A DNA stretch of 63,358 nt, counting the filler. It is 5 parts of 5 records of this genome, joined end to end, with 100 filler letters (N's around TTAATTAATTAA, not from the genome) between each part and the next. Parts side by side here need not be neighbours in the genome. Positions count along the whole stretch, not along the records: positions 39,326 to 63,358 come from DRR723986_2290; 4 more parts are not named here. One strand, written 5' to 3'. Shown here one piece after another: positions 49,863 to 59,883 of the stretch (position 1 is the first letter of the stretch; each line of letters opens with the position of its first letter). The position numbers and the translations under genes were made by a program. The notes under the pieces were generated by a model. That model was not told the DNA's origin and did not search any database. It was given only the letters and a program-made list of their open reading frames with translations.

Positions 49863-51140
49863 ATGGCATTGCCGAATTCTACAAAGCGCGGGCGGCGCAT
49901 CCTGGCGGCGGGGGCGCGTACCTTAGGGCGCGGCATTGTGCGCACCGTTACCCGATCAGATGCGGGGGCACACTGGGCGCGGGTAGGAGGCGACTGGTAC
50001 GAAACCCTGGGGGAGCTTAAAGGTGCGGCAATGAAACTTGGCCAGCTAGCATCCCAGTATCACGATGTGCTGCCCCCGGAGTTGTCGAAGCAGTTGGCGC
50101 GGCTGCAGGCCGATGCCGCGCCGTTGCCCTGGGAGAACATCCGGGAAGTGCTTGATGGACAGTGGTCAGCGCATCAGTGGCAACTGATTGCAGAGATTGA
50201 ACACGCGCCACTGGCCAGTGCCTCGATTGGTCAGGTGCATGTGGCAACACTTCGCGACGGGCGCAAAGTGGCGGTAAAAGTACGCTATCCCGGTGTTGCC
50301 GCGGCGATGGACGCTGATATTAATAACCTCGGCAGAATACTGCGGATGGCGGGCATTTTGCCCTTTGATGGCGCCAGCCTGAAGGCCGTGCTGGAAGAGG
50401 TTCGCGAGCGGATGGCCGAGGAGATGGATTACCAGCGTGAGCGAGAACATTTAGAAATTTTTGCCGGCTTGCCAAATCGCGATGGCATTATCGTTCCCGA
50501 TGTCGTCACTGAGCTCTGCAGTCCATCGGTGGTAGTGACGGAGTTTGTCAGCGGTAGCGGCATTGAGGTGGCGCAACGCTGGCCTCAGGCTGTGCGCAAT
50601 CGCATTGGTGAGCGCTATGTCGACTGGATGGTGGCGCAGATATTTGATCACGGTATTGTCCACGCCGATCCGCACCCCGGTAACTACAGTTTCCGCGAAG
50701 ACGGCAGCATTGTTGTTTTCGATTTTGGTTGCGTGAAGCGCGTTAATCGCAAAGACCAACAACTGATTGCCGAGCAAGTGCGTGCGGTGGTTGAGCGCAA
50801 TATGGCGGCGCTGCATCAATCGCTGGGTGAGATGGGAAGTTTGGCCAAGCCGGGCCGTCAGCCCTCTGCTGGCCTGGAGCGCGCATACACGGAAAGCACC
50901 GAATTTTTGCATGAGCGGATGATTGTCGAGCCGCCATTCGATTTTGCAGATCCGAGTTTTATTACCGACGCCCGGGCGATCGCGCGGCGCGCACTGCCGG
51001 TATGGGGGCAATTTAAGCCGGTTCCTGACCTGGCCTTCGTCGCTCGTTCTCTCAGTGGCGGCTACTGGTTGCTGCGCAGGCTGGAAGCGCAAGTCGATTT
51101 ACGTGAGCGCATTGTGGAAATTGCAAAACGGCGCCACTAG
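49863..51140 (+). CDS. ABC1/AarF/UbiB family atypical kinase
   Basis: MKLGQ, ASASIGQVH, VAVKV, HADPHPGN, DFG. Confidence 0.92.
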   Translation: MALPNSTKRGRRILAAGARTLGRGIVRTVTRSDAGAHWARVGGDWYETLGELKGAAMKLGQLASQYHDVLPPELSKQLARLQADAAPLPWENIREVLDGQWSAHQWQLIAEIEHAPLASASIGQVHVATLRDGRKVAVKVRYPGVAAAMDADINNLGRILRMAGILPFDGASLKAVLEEVRERMAEEMDYQREREHLEIFAGLPNRDGIIVPDVVTELCSPSVVVTEFVSGSGIEVAQRWPQAVRNRIGERYVDWMVAQIFDHGIVHADPHPGNYSFREDGSIVVFDFGCVKRVNRKDQQLIAEQVRAVVERNMAALHQSLGEMGSLAKPGRQPSAGLERAYTESTEFLHERMIVEPPFDFADPSFITDARAIARRALPVWGQFKPVPDLAFVARSLSGGYWLLRRLEAQVDLRERIVEIAKRRH

Positions 51141-51151
51141 CTAAGGTCGTT

Positions 51152-51171
51152 ATTCAGGCTCGATTCAGGCT
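51152..51171 (+). promoter_or_regulatory. Direct repeat resembling an OmpR/PhoP-family binding site
   Basis: ATTCAGGCT-CG-ATTCAGGCT, period 11. Confidence 0.5.
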
Positions 51172-51215
51172 GAGCGCGCCACACTGGCTTCACTGTTCAC
51201 TCTTGGAGTACTGCA

Positions 51216-51890
51216 ATGAAGCCACAACTGATGGGCTGGGCGCTTTTACTTTCTACTACCTCAGGTGTTGCGATGGCCGGCCACGCTGGCGGGCATTATT
51301 CTTCCTATAGCCGCTCCCCTAATTTTTATTTATTCGGAGGCCTGGGAGCCTCTGAGTTCACCACCGATGCCGGTGATATTCGCTACAGTTTTGGCGACGG
51401 CTCACTGAGAGATATCGAGGTGGATAACCAGTCTACCGCTGGGCGTTTTGGATTTGGGATTGTGCTCAGTGAGGCGCTGTCGCTGGAGCTGGGTTACGCG
51501 CACTTAGGTGAGCTCAGCGCCAGAGCGCAATCCGACGGCAGTCAGGTGTTAAATAATGGCTATGCGCCCGGGCCGGTTGCGATCGATGGCGACGTAGACG
51601 GTGCGTTTTTTGGCGTGCGCTTTCATACGCCAATGTCAGAACCGGCGTCGGCCTTTTTCCGAGCGGGGATGTATGGCTGGACAATGGAGGGCTGGGTGGA
51701 CGACAGCGATCGCCGCGGCCAATTCACCCTTGAGGGTAGCGATCCCTACGTGGGCGTTGGCTTTATGATGGCGATCTCGCCCGCCGCTGCGGTATCGCTT
51801 TCCTATGATTACTATCCTCTGGAAGACGACCGCCGCTCCTTCGACTCAGCAGCCGATGTGTTGTCGCTGGATGTGGTGATGAGCTTCTAG
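51216..51890 (+). CDS. Outer-membrane beta-barrel protein (OmpA-like transmembrane domain)
   Basis: Signal peptide, ELGYAHLG, amphipathic strands, C-terminal Phe. Confidence 0.8.
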   Translation: MKPQLMGWALLLSTTSGVAMAGHAGGHYSSYSRSPNFYLFGGLGASEFTTDAGDIRYSFGDGSLRDIEVDNQSTAGRFGFGIVLSEALSLELGYAHLGELSARAQSDGSQVLNNGYAPGPVAIDGDVDGAFFGVRFHTPMSEPASAFFRAGMYGWTMEGWVDDSDRRGQFTLEGSDPYVGVGFMMAISPAAAVSLSYDYYPLEDDRRSFDSAADVLSLDVVMSF

Positions 51891-52054
51891 CAAGTTACGG
51901 CTATGTAACCCGATAATAATGCATTTTCGCCGCATGTTCTGCGAATTATGAACAAGCTGTAATGGGGTTGTCAGCATCTTTTCTCCATAATCGTCGTTTA
52001 TAAAAAATAGTCGTATGCTCGCTGCTGAGCATGCAGATCTAGTACGGAGAAAAT

Positions 52055-52561
52055 ATGACCAGTCTGGCATTTACGCTAAACGGTAAGGCCGTTGAACTTG
52101 ATGTTGACCCGAGCACACCGCTGTTATGGGTCATTCGCGACGAGCTGGCAATGACCGGCACCAAGTTCGGTTGCGGCATGGGGCTGTGCGGCGCATGCAC
52201 GGTGCACTTAAACGGCAACCCTATTCGCAGCTGTAGCTTCCCTGTTCAGGGGGCCGTAGGCCAGGCAATCACCACGATTGAAGGCTTGGTTGACGAGCAG
52301 GGTGGCCTCCACCCGGTTCAGGAAGCGTGGATCGAGCACAATGTTCCCCAGTGTGGATATTGCCAGTCCGGTCAAATTATGTCGGCGGTGGCCTTGTTGG
52401 AAAGCAATCCGCAACCGAGCGATGCCGATATCGATGCGGCCATGTCCGGTAATATCTGCCGCTGCGGTACGTATTCAAAAATTCGCGCGGCGATTCACGC
52501 TGCAGCAGCGGGCGTGCAACATTATGACCCCCAGGCAAATAAAGCGGAGGTGGCGTCATGA
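52055..52561 (+). CDS. 2Fe-2S subunit of an aldehyde/isoquinoline oxidoreductase (IorA-like)
   Basis: [31 protein letters not shown]. Confidence 0.93.
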   Translation: MTSLAFTLNGKAVELDVDPSTPLLWVIRDELAMTGTKFGCGMGLCGACTVHLNGNPIRSCSFPVQGAVGQAITTIEGLVDEQGGLHPVQEAWIEHNVPQCGYCQSGQIMSAVALLESNPQPSDADIDAAMSGNICRCGTYSKIRAAIHAAAAGVQHYDPQANKAEVAS

Positions 52562-54720
52562 GTATTCGTCGTCGCCGTTTTATCCAAGGTAGTGCCGCCG
52601 TCGGCGGGTCCCTGGTTCTGGGCATTAATCTCACCGGTTGTGGGCCAACGCCGCTGCCGCACGCCGCGTCAGCAGACCTTCAACCCAATGCGTTTTTGCA
52701 GCTGAGCCCCGACGGGCAGATAACCTTGCAGCTGCACAAATCGGAAATGGGTCAGGGAACCTACACAGGCATGGCGACGATGGCCGCCGAAGAGCTGAAT
52801 ATGCCGCCAAGCATGCTGCATATCGAACAAGCTCAATTCCACCCGGATTTTATCGACCCCGATTTCTACGTAATGCTTACCGGTGGCAGCTCATCGATTC
52901 GGACCAGTTTTGAGCCCTTGCGTAAAGCTGCCGCCAGCCTTGCATATTTGCTGCGCAGCGCCGCGGCGGAGCAGGCGGGCGTGGATATTGCAACAGTGAT
53001 GTTGCGCGATGGAAAGGTTTATATCGGTGATTTAGAGGTTAAGCCGGCCAGCCTGATTGATCGGGCTCGTCAACAAGAATTACCCGAGGAGGTGCCGCTC
53101 AAAGCCGCGCGCGACTACCGTTTTATTGGCAAGCACAATGCGCGCTTAGACGCTCGGGCAAAAGTGACAGGGCAGGCTGACTTCGGTCTTGATGCCCAGT
53201 ATCCTGGCGCGCTGAGCGCCGTGCTGGTGCGCTGTCCACATTTTGGCGGCAGCTTAAAAAGCTTTGATGCCAGCGCTGCCTTGTCCAGCCCCGGTGTTGA
53301 GCAGGTGCTTGAAGTCGACGGTGCCGTGGCGGTATTGGCCGGTAATTATTGGCAAGCGCGCCAGGCGGCAAACAAAATCAGCGTTGAGTGGAACAAGGGG
53401 CCACTGGCTGGTGTGAGTAGCCGAGCACTGCGCGCCCAGCGTCACGAGCTGGCAAAGACTGAAGAAGGCAAACAAGTTGAAGAGGTCGGTGAGGCAAGTG
53501 CCGCGGTAGGGGAGCGCTTTGAAGCTTTCTACGACGTGCCACTGTTGGCACACGCCACGATGGAGCCGATGAACGCGCTGGCAGTTGCCAGTGACGATGG
53601 CATAGAAATTTGGTCTGGTATGCAGGGTGTGCAACTGGCGCTCGATGCGGTAGAGCGTGCCACCGGGATCGAGCGCTCGCGGATTCGCCTGCATAACCAC
53701 TTTCTGGGTGGTGGCTTCGGGCGACGCATTCAGAACGACTACGTTGTAGAGGCGGCGCGTATCGCGCAGCTCTCTGGCAAGCCTGTGCGACTGGTATGGA
53801 GCCGTGAGGACGACACTCGCCACGATTTCTATCGCCCCAACTCTACGGCATTGATGGCCGCGACCATCAATGGCGACAGCGTAAGCAGCGTGCAGATCAA
53901 AGCGGTGGCGCCGAGTATTTTTGGTCAGTTTTTACCGGTGATGACCCGCAGTTTGTTACCGAGCTGGCTGCCATCGGGTGTACACGACGGCATTGGCAGC
54001 ATGGCGGCGGGCTCAGACCCTGCGGCAACGGAAGGTTTGATTCACACGCCCTACAACTTTGCTTACAAGCGCAGTAACTACGTGATGCAGGACGTGTCTG
54101 CGCCGCTGGGTTACTGGCGCTCAGTGGGCCATTCGCAGAATGCGTTCTTTATGGAAGGCTTTATCGACGAACTGGCTCACCAAACCAACAAAAATCCGCT
54201 GGATTTTCGTCTGGCCAATATGGATCCGGAGTCTCGCCACTTTGCGGTGTTGAGTAAGGCCGCTGAACTGGCTGATTGGGGTAACCCGCCTGCCGGTCAG
54301 TATCAGGGCTTAGCGGTGCATGAATCCTTTGGCAGTGTGGTGGCAGAGGTGGTGAATGTGTCAGCTGACGGTGGGCGCATTCGGGTGCACAAGGTGACGT
54401 GTGTTGTCGACTGCGGCCAAGTGATTAACCCGGATATCGTCGTTGGGCAGATGCAAAGCGGCATTAACTTTGGTTTGACGGCGGCCCTGAAAGGCGAAAT
54501 CACCCTTGAGGATGGCGCTGTCCAGCAGAGTAACTTCCACGATTATCAGTTGCTGCGGATTAACGAATCCCCAGAAATTGACGTTCATATACTGCCGAGT
54601 ACCAACCCGCCCAGCGGCGTCGGTGAGCCAGGTACGCCACCCGTGGCACCGGCGCTGGCCAATGCCATTTTTGCGGCGACCGGGCAGCGTCTGCGCGAGC
54701 TTCCTTTGCGTTTGAGCTAA
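52558..54720 (+). CDS. Molybdopterin subunit, xanthine dehydrogenase family (IorB-like), Tat signal
   Basis: RRRFI, EMGQG, TGGSSS, HATMEP, GGGFGRR, GVGEP. Confidence 0.93.
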   Translation: MSIRRRRFIQGSAAVGGSLVLGINLTGCGPTPLPHAASADLQPNAFLQLSPDGQITLQLHKSEMGQGTYTGMATMAAEELNMPPSMLHIEQAQFHPDFIDPDFYVMLTGGSSSIRTSFEPLRKAAASLAYLLRSAAAEQAGVDIATVMLRDGKVYIGDLEVKPASLIDRARQQELPEEVPLKAARDYRFIGKHNARLDARAKVTGQADFGLDAQYPGALSAVLVRCPHFGGSLKSFDASAALSSPGVEQVLEVDGAVAVLAGNYWQARQAANKISVEWNKGPLAGVSSRALRAQRHELAKTEEGKQVEEVGEASAAVGERFEAFYDVPLLAHATMEPMNALAVASDDGIEIWSGMQGVQLALDAVERATGIERSRIRLHNHFLGGGFGRRIQNDYVVEAARIAQLSGKPVRLVWSREDDTRHDFYRPNSTALMAATINGDSVSSVQIKAVAPSIFGQFLPVMTRSLLPSWLPSGVHDGIGSMAAGSDPAATEGLIHTPYNFAYKRSNYVMQDVSAPLGYWRSVGHSQNAFFMEGFIDELAHQTNKNPLDFRLANMDPESRHFAVLSKAAELADWGNPPAGQYQGLAVHESFGSVVAEVVNVSADGGRIRVHKVTCVVDCGQVINPDIVVGQMQSGINFGLTAALKGEITLEDGAVQQSNFHDYQLLRINESPEIDVHILPSTNPPSGVGEPGTPPVAPALANAIFAATGQRLRELPLRLS

Positions 54721-54848
54721 GTCTGCACTGAGCTGATAAAGGCTAATTAAACCGCCGCCGCTTTGGCGGCGTGTTTAGCTGCATCTTCGCTAATCTTCTG
54801 CCAAACTGGTGTTTTTGCCTCTCTTCACGGCAACGATGGACCGTATCT

Positions 54849-55952
54849 ATGAGTTCTGAATCCCAAAACCCTATTCGTTATCCCTTCTCCCAAGCGCCTG
54901 CTAAAGGGGAGTGGATTGAAGTTGCGCCCGGCGTCTTTTGGTTGCAGATGGCGCTGCCCATGGCCTTGGATCACATTAATTTATATGTGCTGGACGACGG
55001 CGACGGTTGGTATATCGTCGATACCGGCATGAAAACAGGGGATACACAGGAGCGCTGGCAGTTATTGTTCGACGGCCCGATGGCGGGCAAGCCGCTCAAG
55101 GGGGTTATCTGTACCCATATGCACCCCGATCATATTGGTCAGGCGGGTTGGCTTTGCCGCGAGCACCGCGTGCCCCTGTATATGAGCTTTGGCGAATATA
55201 TCAGCTCGCGCGTGTTTAGCTCGATGGGGCAGGGTGATCTGGAGTGGACCACTGAGCGCTATTTTCAGAACGCCGGCATTCCCGCAGACGTCATCGAGAA
55301 AATGCGCAATAAATTCCGCGGCTTCGGCAATATCGTTGAGCCAATGCCCAAGGCCTACCAGCGTCTGAGAGACGGTCAAACGCTGAAGATTGGTGGCCGA
55401 CGATGGCAGGTAATGACCGGCAGCGGGCATTCGCCGGAACACGTCAGCCTGTTTTCTGCCGACGATAAACTGCTGCTTTCCGGCGACCAAATTATTCCGC
55501 GCATCACGTCAAATGTTAGCGTGATGCCCAGCGAGCCAGAGGCCAACCCCCTCGCAGACTGGTTTGCCGCCCTCACGCGCTTTCGTGAAGCATTGCCTGC
55601 TGACACCTTGGTGATGCCCGCCCACAACGCGCCGTTCTACGGCGTGCATTACCGCTTGGAGTATTTGATTGATCATCACAAGGGGCACTTGGCGGCTGTG
55701 GAGAAGGCCTGTGAACAGCCCAAATGTGCCATTGAGCTTTTCGATGTTTTGTTCGCGCGCAAGGTCGAGATGAGCCAATTAACGCTGGCCCTCGGTGAGT
55801 CCATTGCCCACCTGCATTACTTGTATTACCAGGGGCGCTTACAGCGTCATCTCGACGAGCAAGGCGTTTATCGCTACAGCAGTTTAGACCCGGATGGCAG
55901 CCCCTACTCGCGCTGCCCGCATCAGCCCGATGATGGCCCGATGGAGGTATAG
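54849..55952 (+). CDS. MBL-fold metallo-hydrolase
   Basis: VDTG, THMHPDH, GHSPEH, SGD, PAH. Confidence 0.9.
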   Translation: MSSESQNPIRYPFSQAPAKGEWIEVAPGVFWLQMALPMALDHINLYVLDDGDGWYIVDTGMKTGDTQERWQLLFDGPMAGKPLKGVICTHMHPDHIGQAGWLCREHRVPLYMSFGEYISSRVFSSMGQGDLEWTTERYFQNAGIPADVIEKMRNKFRGFGNIVEPMPKAYQRLRDGQTLKIGGRRWQVMTGSGHSPEHVSLFSADDKLLLSGDQIIPRITSNVSVMPSEPEANPLADWFAALTRFREALPADTLVMPAHNAPFYGVHYRLEYLIDHHKGHLAAVEKACEQPKCAIELFDVLFARKVEMSQLTLALGESIAHLHYLYYQGRLQRHLDEQGVYRYSSLDPDGSPYSRCPHQPDDGPMEV

Positions 55953-55954
55953 AA

Positions 55955-56374
55955 ATGAGCGATTGTATTTTTTGCCAAATTGTTGCGGGCCAACTTCCCT
56001 GTCACGAAGTGTATCGCGATGATCAGTTACTGTGTTTTAAGGATATCGCACCGGCCAGTAATGGCCACTGCTTGATAATTCCGCATGAGCACCACGATGA
56101 CATTTTCACCATGTCAGACACTTTGCTGGCGGCAGTAAACCAGTTTGCCGGTCGTCTTGCGCCCATTTTAAAGGCGCACTGCCAAGCAGATGGCATTGGT
56201 GTTCATCAGCTAAACGGCGCCGCCGCTGGCCAAACGGTATTTCATTACCACATGCATTTGATTCCCGCCTATCCGGGGCAAAGCATTCAAATACACGGTC
56301 GCGCCCAGGGTGACCCGCAGCAATTGGCTGATAACGCGGCGGCGTTACGTGAGGCGCTGGCCGCGGGTAATTGA
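55955..56374 (+). CDS. HIT-family nucleotide hydrolase
   Basis: CIFC, GHCLIIP, GQTVFHYHMH. Confidence 0.93.
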   Translation: MSDCIFCQIVAGQLPCHEVYRDDQLLCFKDIAPASNGHCLIIPHEHHDDIFTMSDTLLAAVNQFAGRLAPILKAHCQADGIGVHQLNGAAAGQTVFHYHMHLIPAYPGQSIQIHGRAQGDPQQLADNAAALREALAAGN

Positions 56375-56470
56375 CCGATTTTGTGCATGGGCTGGCGTGT
56401 AATGCTATTGAGGGAAGGCCGGTCTGCGCAGAGAATGAGGGCACTTTAGGAATCATCGAGGAGCCAACCC

Positions 56471-57340
56471 ATGCCAATACCCAGTGACATTAAGGTCGTG
56501 GACCTGATGCTGAGTGTGCCCGGGGAAGACAACAGCCAGTGGTACGAGTTTATGAAGCCGCTGCTGATGGACGAAGAAAGCCGGACCATGTTCAAAATGC
56601 CGGCGCAGTACATGTTCAAAGACATTCCCGACACCGGTAAAAAAGAAGACTATATTGCCTACACCATCGAACAGATGGACAAGCACAATATTGAGCGGGC
56701 AATGCTGGGCATTGACGACCACAATGAAGTGGCCAAAGAAGCCTACAAGCGTCATCCGGATCGCTTCTTTACCTCACTGGAAGTCAACCCGAACAATGGC
56801 ATGGACGAAGTGCGTAAAATTGTGCGCTTCCACGAAGAGTACGGTATTAAAGCCGTAACCGGCTTTGCCTCGGGCTTGTGCCCGCAAGTGCCTTACAACG
56901 ACAAAAAGTGGTATCCGATCTACGCCAAGCTGGTCGAGCTGGATATTCCATTCTGCCCATGTGTAGGGGTTCCCGGACCACGACTTCCCATGGCGCCGCA
57001 AAAGGTGGAATTGCTGGATGAGGTTTGCTGGTTCTTCCCCGAACTGAAGGTTGTTATGCGTCACGGCGCCGAGCCATGGGAAAAATTGGCGTGGAAGCTT
57101 ATGCTGAAATACCCAAACCTGTACTACATGACCAGCGCCTTCGCGCCGAAGCATTATCCACAAGAAATTGTGAACTTTGCCAATAGTCGCGGTGCTGACA
57201 AAGTCATGTACGCGGGTTACTTCCCGATGGGCCTGTCACTGGATCGTATTTTCCGCGATATGCCCAATGTGCCGTTCAAAGACGAAGTGTGGCCGAAGTT
57301 CCTGAGTGAAAACGCACGCCGCGTGTTCAAGCTCGACTGA
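56471..57340 (+). CDS. Amidohydrolase_2-family protein
   Basis: MDKHNIER, PIYAK, FPELKVVMRHG, ENARRVF. Confidence 0.85.
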   Translation: MPIPSDIKVVDLMLSVPGEDNSQWYEFMKPLLMDEESRTMFKMPAQYMFKDIPDTGKKEDYIAYTIEQMDKHNIERAMLGIDDHNEVAKEAYKRHPDRFFTSLEVNPNNGMDEVRKIVRFHEEYGIKAVTGFASGLCPQVPYNDKKWYPIYAKLVELDIPFCPCVGVPGPRLPMAPQKVELLDEVCWFFPELKVVMRHGAEPWEKLAWKLMLKYPNLYYMTSAFAPKHYPQEIVNFANSRGADKVMYAGYFPMGLSLDRIFRDMPNVPFKDEVWPKFLSENARRVFKLD

Positions 57341-57365
57341 TTCACCCGCTTGGGTCATGCGCGAT

Positions 57366-57394
57366 AAAACGGCAGTCACTAGACTGCCGTTTTT
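57366..57394 (+). terminator. Rho-independent terminator
   Basis: AAAACGGCAGTC-ACTA-GACTGCCGTTTTT. Confidence 0.82.
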
Positions 57395-57443
57395 CGTTGT
57401 ACTGGCGTTATATTTTTAACGATAACAATAAGAGGGCATTGCC

Positions 57444-57887
57444 GTGAGCTTGAGCTTGCAAGAGATTTCTGACCGCCTTGAAATACAGGACCTGCTATTC
57501 CATTACGCCGATATTATCGACCGGCAGGCGGCCGACGAGTTGCGTGACGTGTTCACGCCGGATGCGGCGATAGACTACAGCGCTTTTGGTGGCTCAGTGG
57601 GTGATGTGGAGACCACAATCGCGTTTTTGAAAGAAGCGCTGCCTGCCTTCAGTAATACCCAACACCTGAACGCGAACATTCAGATACGCGTTGACGGTGA
57701 CCGCGCAACCGGGCGGGTAATGTGCTTTAACCCGATGGAAATGCCGCTGGGTGAAGAGAGCCAAGTATTTATGCTGGGCCTCTGGTACGTAGATGAATAC
57801 CGCCGTGGCGACAATGGTTGGCAAATTTCCAGCCGCCGTGAAGAGCGCAGCTGGGTATTTAATGTGCCCGACTTTATGGGCTTGTAA
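57444..57887 (+). CDS. NTF2/SnoaL-like protein
   Basis: DRLEIQDL, FTPDA, TQH, YVDEY...WQI. Confidence 0.85.
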   Translation: MSLSLQEISDRLEIQDLLFHYADIIDRQAADELRDVFTPDAAIDYSAFGGSVGDVETTIAFLKEALPAFSNTQHLNANIQIRVDGDRATGRVMCFNPMEMPLGEESQVFMLGLWYVDEYRRGDNGWQISSRREERSWVFNVPDFMGL

Positions 57888-57896
57888 GAGGCAGCC

Positions 57897-59747
57897 CTAG
57901 GCCGGAAGGTCCACAGGTGCGCCGCCGTCGCGCTTAGTACTGGTTACCACCTCGGGTTTAGTCGTCACTTTCTTTGCATCCGGCGGCACGAAGCTGATCA
58001 CTGTGTCGCCGTTTTGCAGGCGGCGACTGGATTTGCTCAACCACTCCAGCTTGCCACTTTCCGGAATTAGGGCCAGTTGCACTGCCTCGTCCGGCAGGCT
58101 GCTGAGAAACTGGGACTCGTCGAAGCTCTCGGTGATACTGGTTTTACGAAAGCCCCAACCGCGAATGAGCCGGGTCCACATTTCGGCGTAGGATACATTG
58201 CTTGAAAATGCGGTGATTCCGCGACGGGTTTCGGGGACTTGGTGTTTTTCGCGCTCGCTGCCACTGTCGTGGGGCTGAAAAACGCGGTGGCGCCCAATAT
58301 GGGGGGCGTAGTGGTTACACACCATGGAGTTGTAATGGTTATTACCTGTGGCCGCCAGCACGGTGTATATGTTGTCCAGCGCCATCGCTTCCTCGGCCAT
58401 ATCGGACAATACTTCGCCGAACCAGGTTTCAATACCGCGCTGACGGGCCGTTTGTAATCGCGCCCACTCGCTGTCGGCGATGATCACATCCTGCTTTAGG
58501 TTCTTCAGCTCCAGTGCGAGTTCTATGGCCCACGGTGAGGCGCCGACGATCAAGATGCGGCCTTTGCCCGGCGAGCCTAATTTCAATAGGCGGGTGAGGG
58601 GCCCCAATGAGAAGCCGTGGGCAAGTACCGTCACAAATATCAACATAAAGACGGCGGGTACCAGATACTGAGCATCACTAAAGCCAGCATCGATCAACGC
58701 TGGAGAAAATGCACCTGCCGACGCAGCCGCCACCACTCCGCGAGGGGCGATCCAGCCAATTAACAATCGGTCGCGCCAGTCGCCACCCGCGCCGATCGTT
58801 GCCAGGTACACCGCGAGAGGGCGCACCACAAACAGAAACGCCAGCACCATAAATATCAGCGGAGGGTGAATCGCGCGAATGGATTCCATGGTGAGCGAGG
58901 CGGTGAGTACCACGAACAAAAATGACACGAGTATCAGTGTTAAATACTCTTTAAAGCGCCGCATTTCATCCAGACTGCGCAGACGCATATTGCCCATCAC
59001 AATGCCCATCAGGGTTGTCGCCAGCAGGCCGGATTCGTGCTGCACCAAGTCCGCCAGAGCATATACTGCCAGTACCGACGCGATGATTACCGGCGCTTTC
59101 AAGTATTCCGGTATCCAGCCCTGACGAAAGCTCACCCCCAGGCCGTAGGCAATGCCGCCGCCCAATAGCAACGATACGCTGATGGCCAGGCCCAGACTGG
59201 TTAACACGTGGCCGATCGCTGGGCCTTCACCCGAGTACAGCAAGTACTGGTAAACCAGCACCGCGAGCAGCACCCCGAGGGGGTCGTTGATAATACCTTC
59301 CCACTTCAGGTAAGACGCGGTGCGCCGGTTTAGTTTGGCGTGTTTTAACAGCGGCATGATTACCGTGGGGCCAGTGACCACTAAAATCGCCCCGAGTAGC
59401 GCCGACACGCCCCAACTGAGCTGGCCAACCCAATGGGCGGCGGCGGTGCCCAGCAGCCACGCAAAAATCACCCCGAGGGAGGTGAGTCGCCGCGTAACTT
59501 TTGCGGTTTCTCGCAATTCGTGGAACTGAAGGTTCAGTCCCCCCTCAAAGAGGATGATCGCTACAAACAGTGAGGTAACGGCTTTTAAACCATCACCAAA
59601 GTCGTCCAGCGGCGAGATCCAGCCGCTGAGTGGGCCAAGTATCAGGCCACCCGCAGCGAGTAGTACAATGGCCGGCAGGCGGAACCGCCACGCCAGCCAT
59701 TGACAGAAAATACCTAAAACCAGAATGCTGACCAAAGTAAGGGTCAT
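57897..59747 (-). CDS. CPA1 cation/proton antiporter with a C-terminal TrkA-N-like domain
   Basis: ILFEGG, TGPTV, EGIIND, APRGVVAA; about 12 hydrophobic segments. Confidence 0.9.
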   Translation of the reverse strand: MTLTLVSILVLGIFCQWLAWRFRLPAIVLLAAGGLILGPLSGWISPLDDFGDGLKAVTSLFVAIILFEGGLNLQFHELRETAKVTRRLTSLGVIFAWLLGTAAAHWVGQLSWGVSALLGAILVVTGPTVIMPLLKHAKLNRRTASYLKWEGIINDPLGVLLAVLVYQYLLYSGEGPAIGHVLTSLGLAISVSLLLGGGIAYGLGVSFRQGWIPEYLKAPVIIASVLAVYALADLVQHESGLLATTLMGIVMGNMRLRSLDEMRRFKEYLTLILVSFLFVVLTASLTMESIRAIHPPLIFMVLAFLFVVRPLAVYLATIGAGGDWRDRLLIGWIAPRGVVAAASAGAFSPALIDAGFSDAQYLVPAVFMLIFVTVLAHGFSLGPLTRLLKLGSPGKGRILIVGASPWAIELALELKNLKQDVIIADSEWARLQTARQRGIETWFGEVLSDMAEEAMALDNIYTVLAATGNNHYNSMVCNHYAPHIGRHRVFQPHDSGSEREKHQVPETRRGITAFSSNVSYAEMWTRLIRGWGFRKTSITESFDESQFLSSLPDEAVQLALIPESGKLEWLSKSSRRLQNGDTVISFVPPDAKKVTTKPEVVTSTKRDGGAPVDLPA

Positions 59748-59883
59748 AAACCACCAAAATTAAAAACTTGCGTTACAGCCCGCCACATTGGCATGAAGCG
59801 AGGTAGACAGTAAAGACGCGACAGCGATCAACGTCTACGCACAGATACCGGGCTAGGATGACGTAGGGTAAAGAGATAATGAA

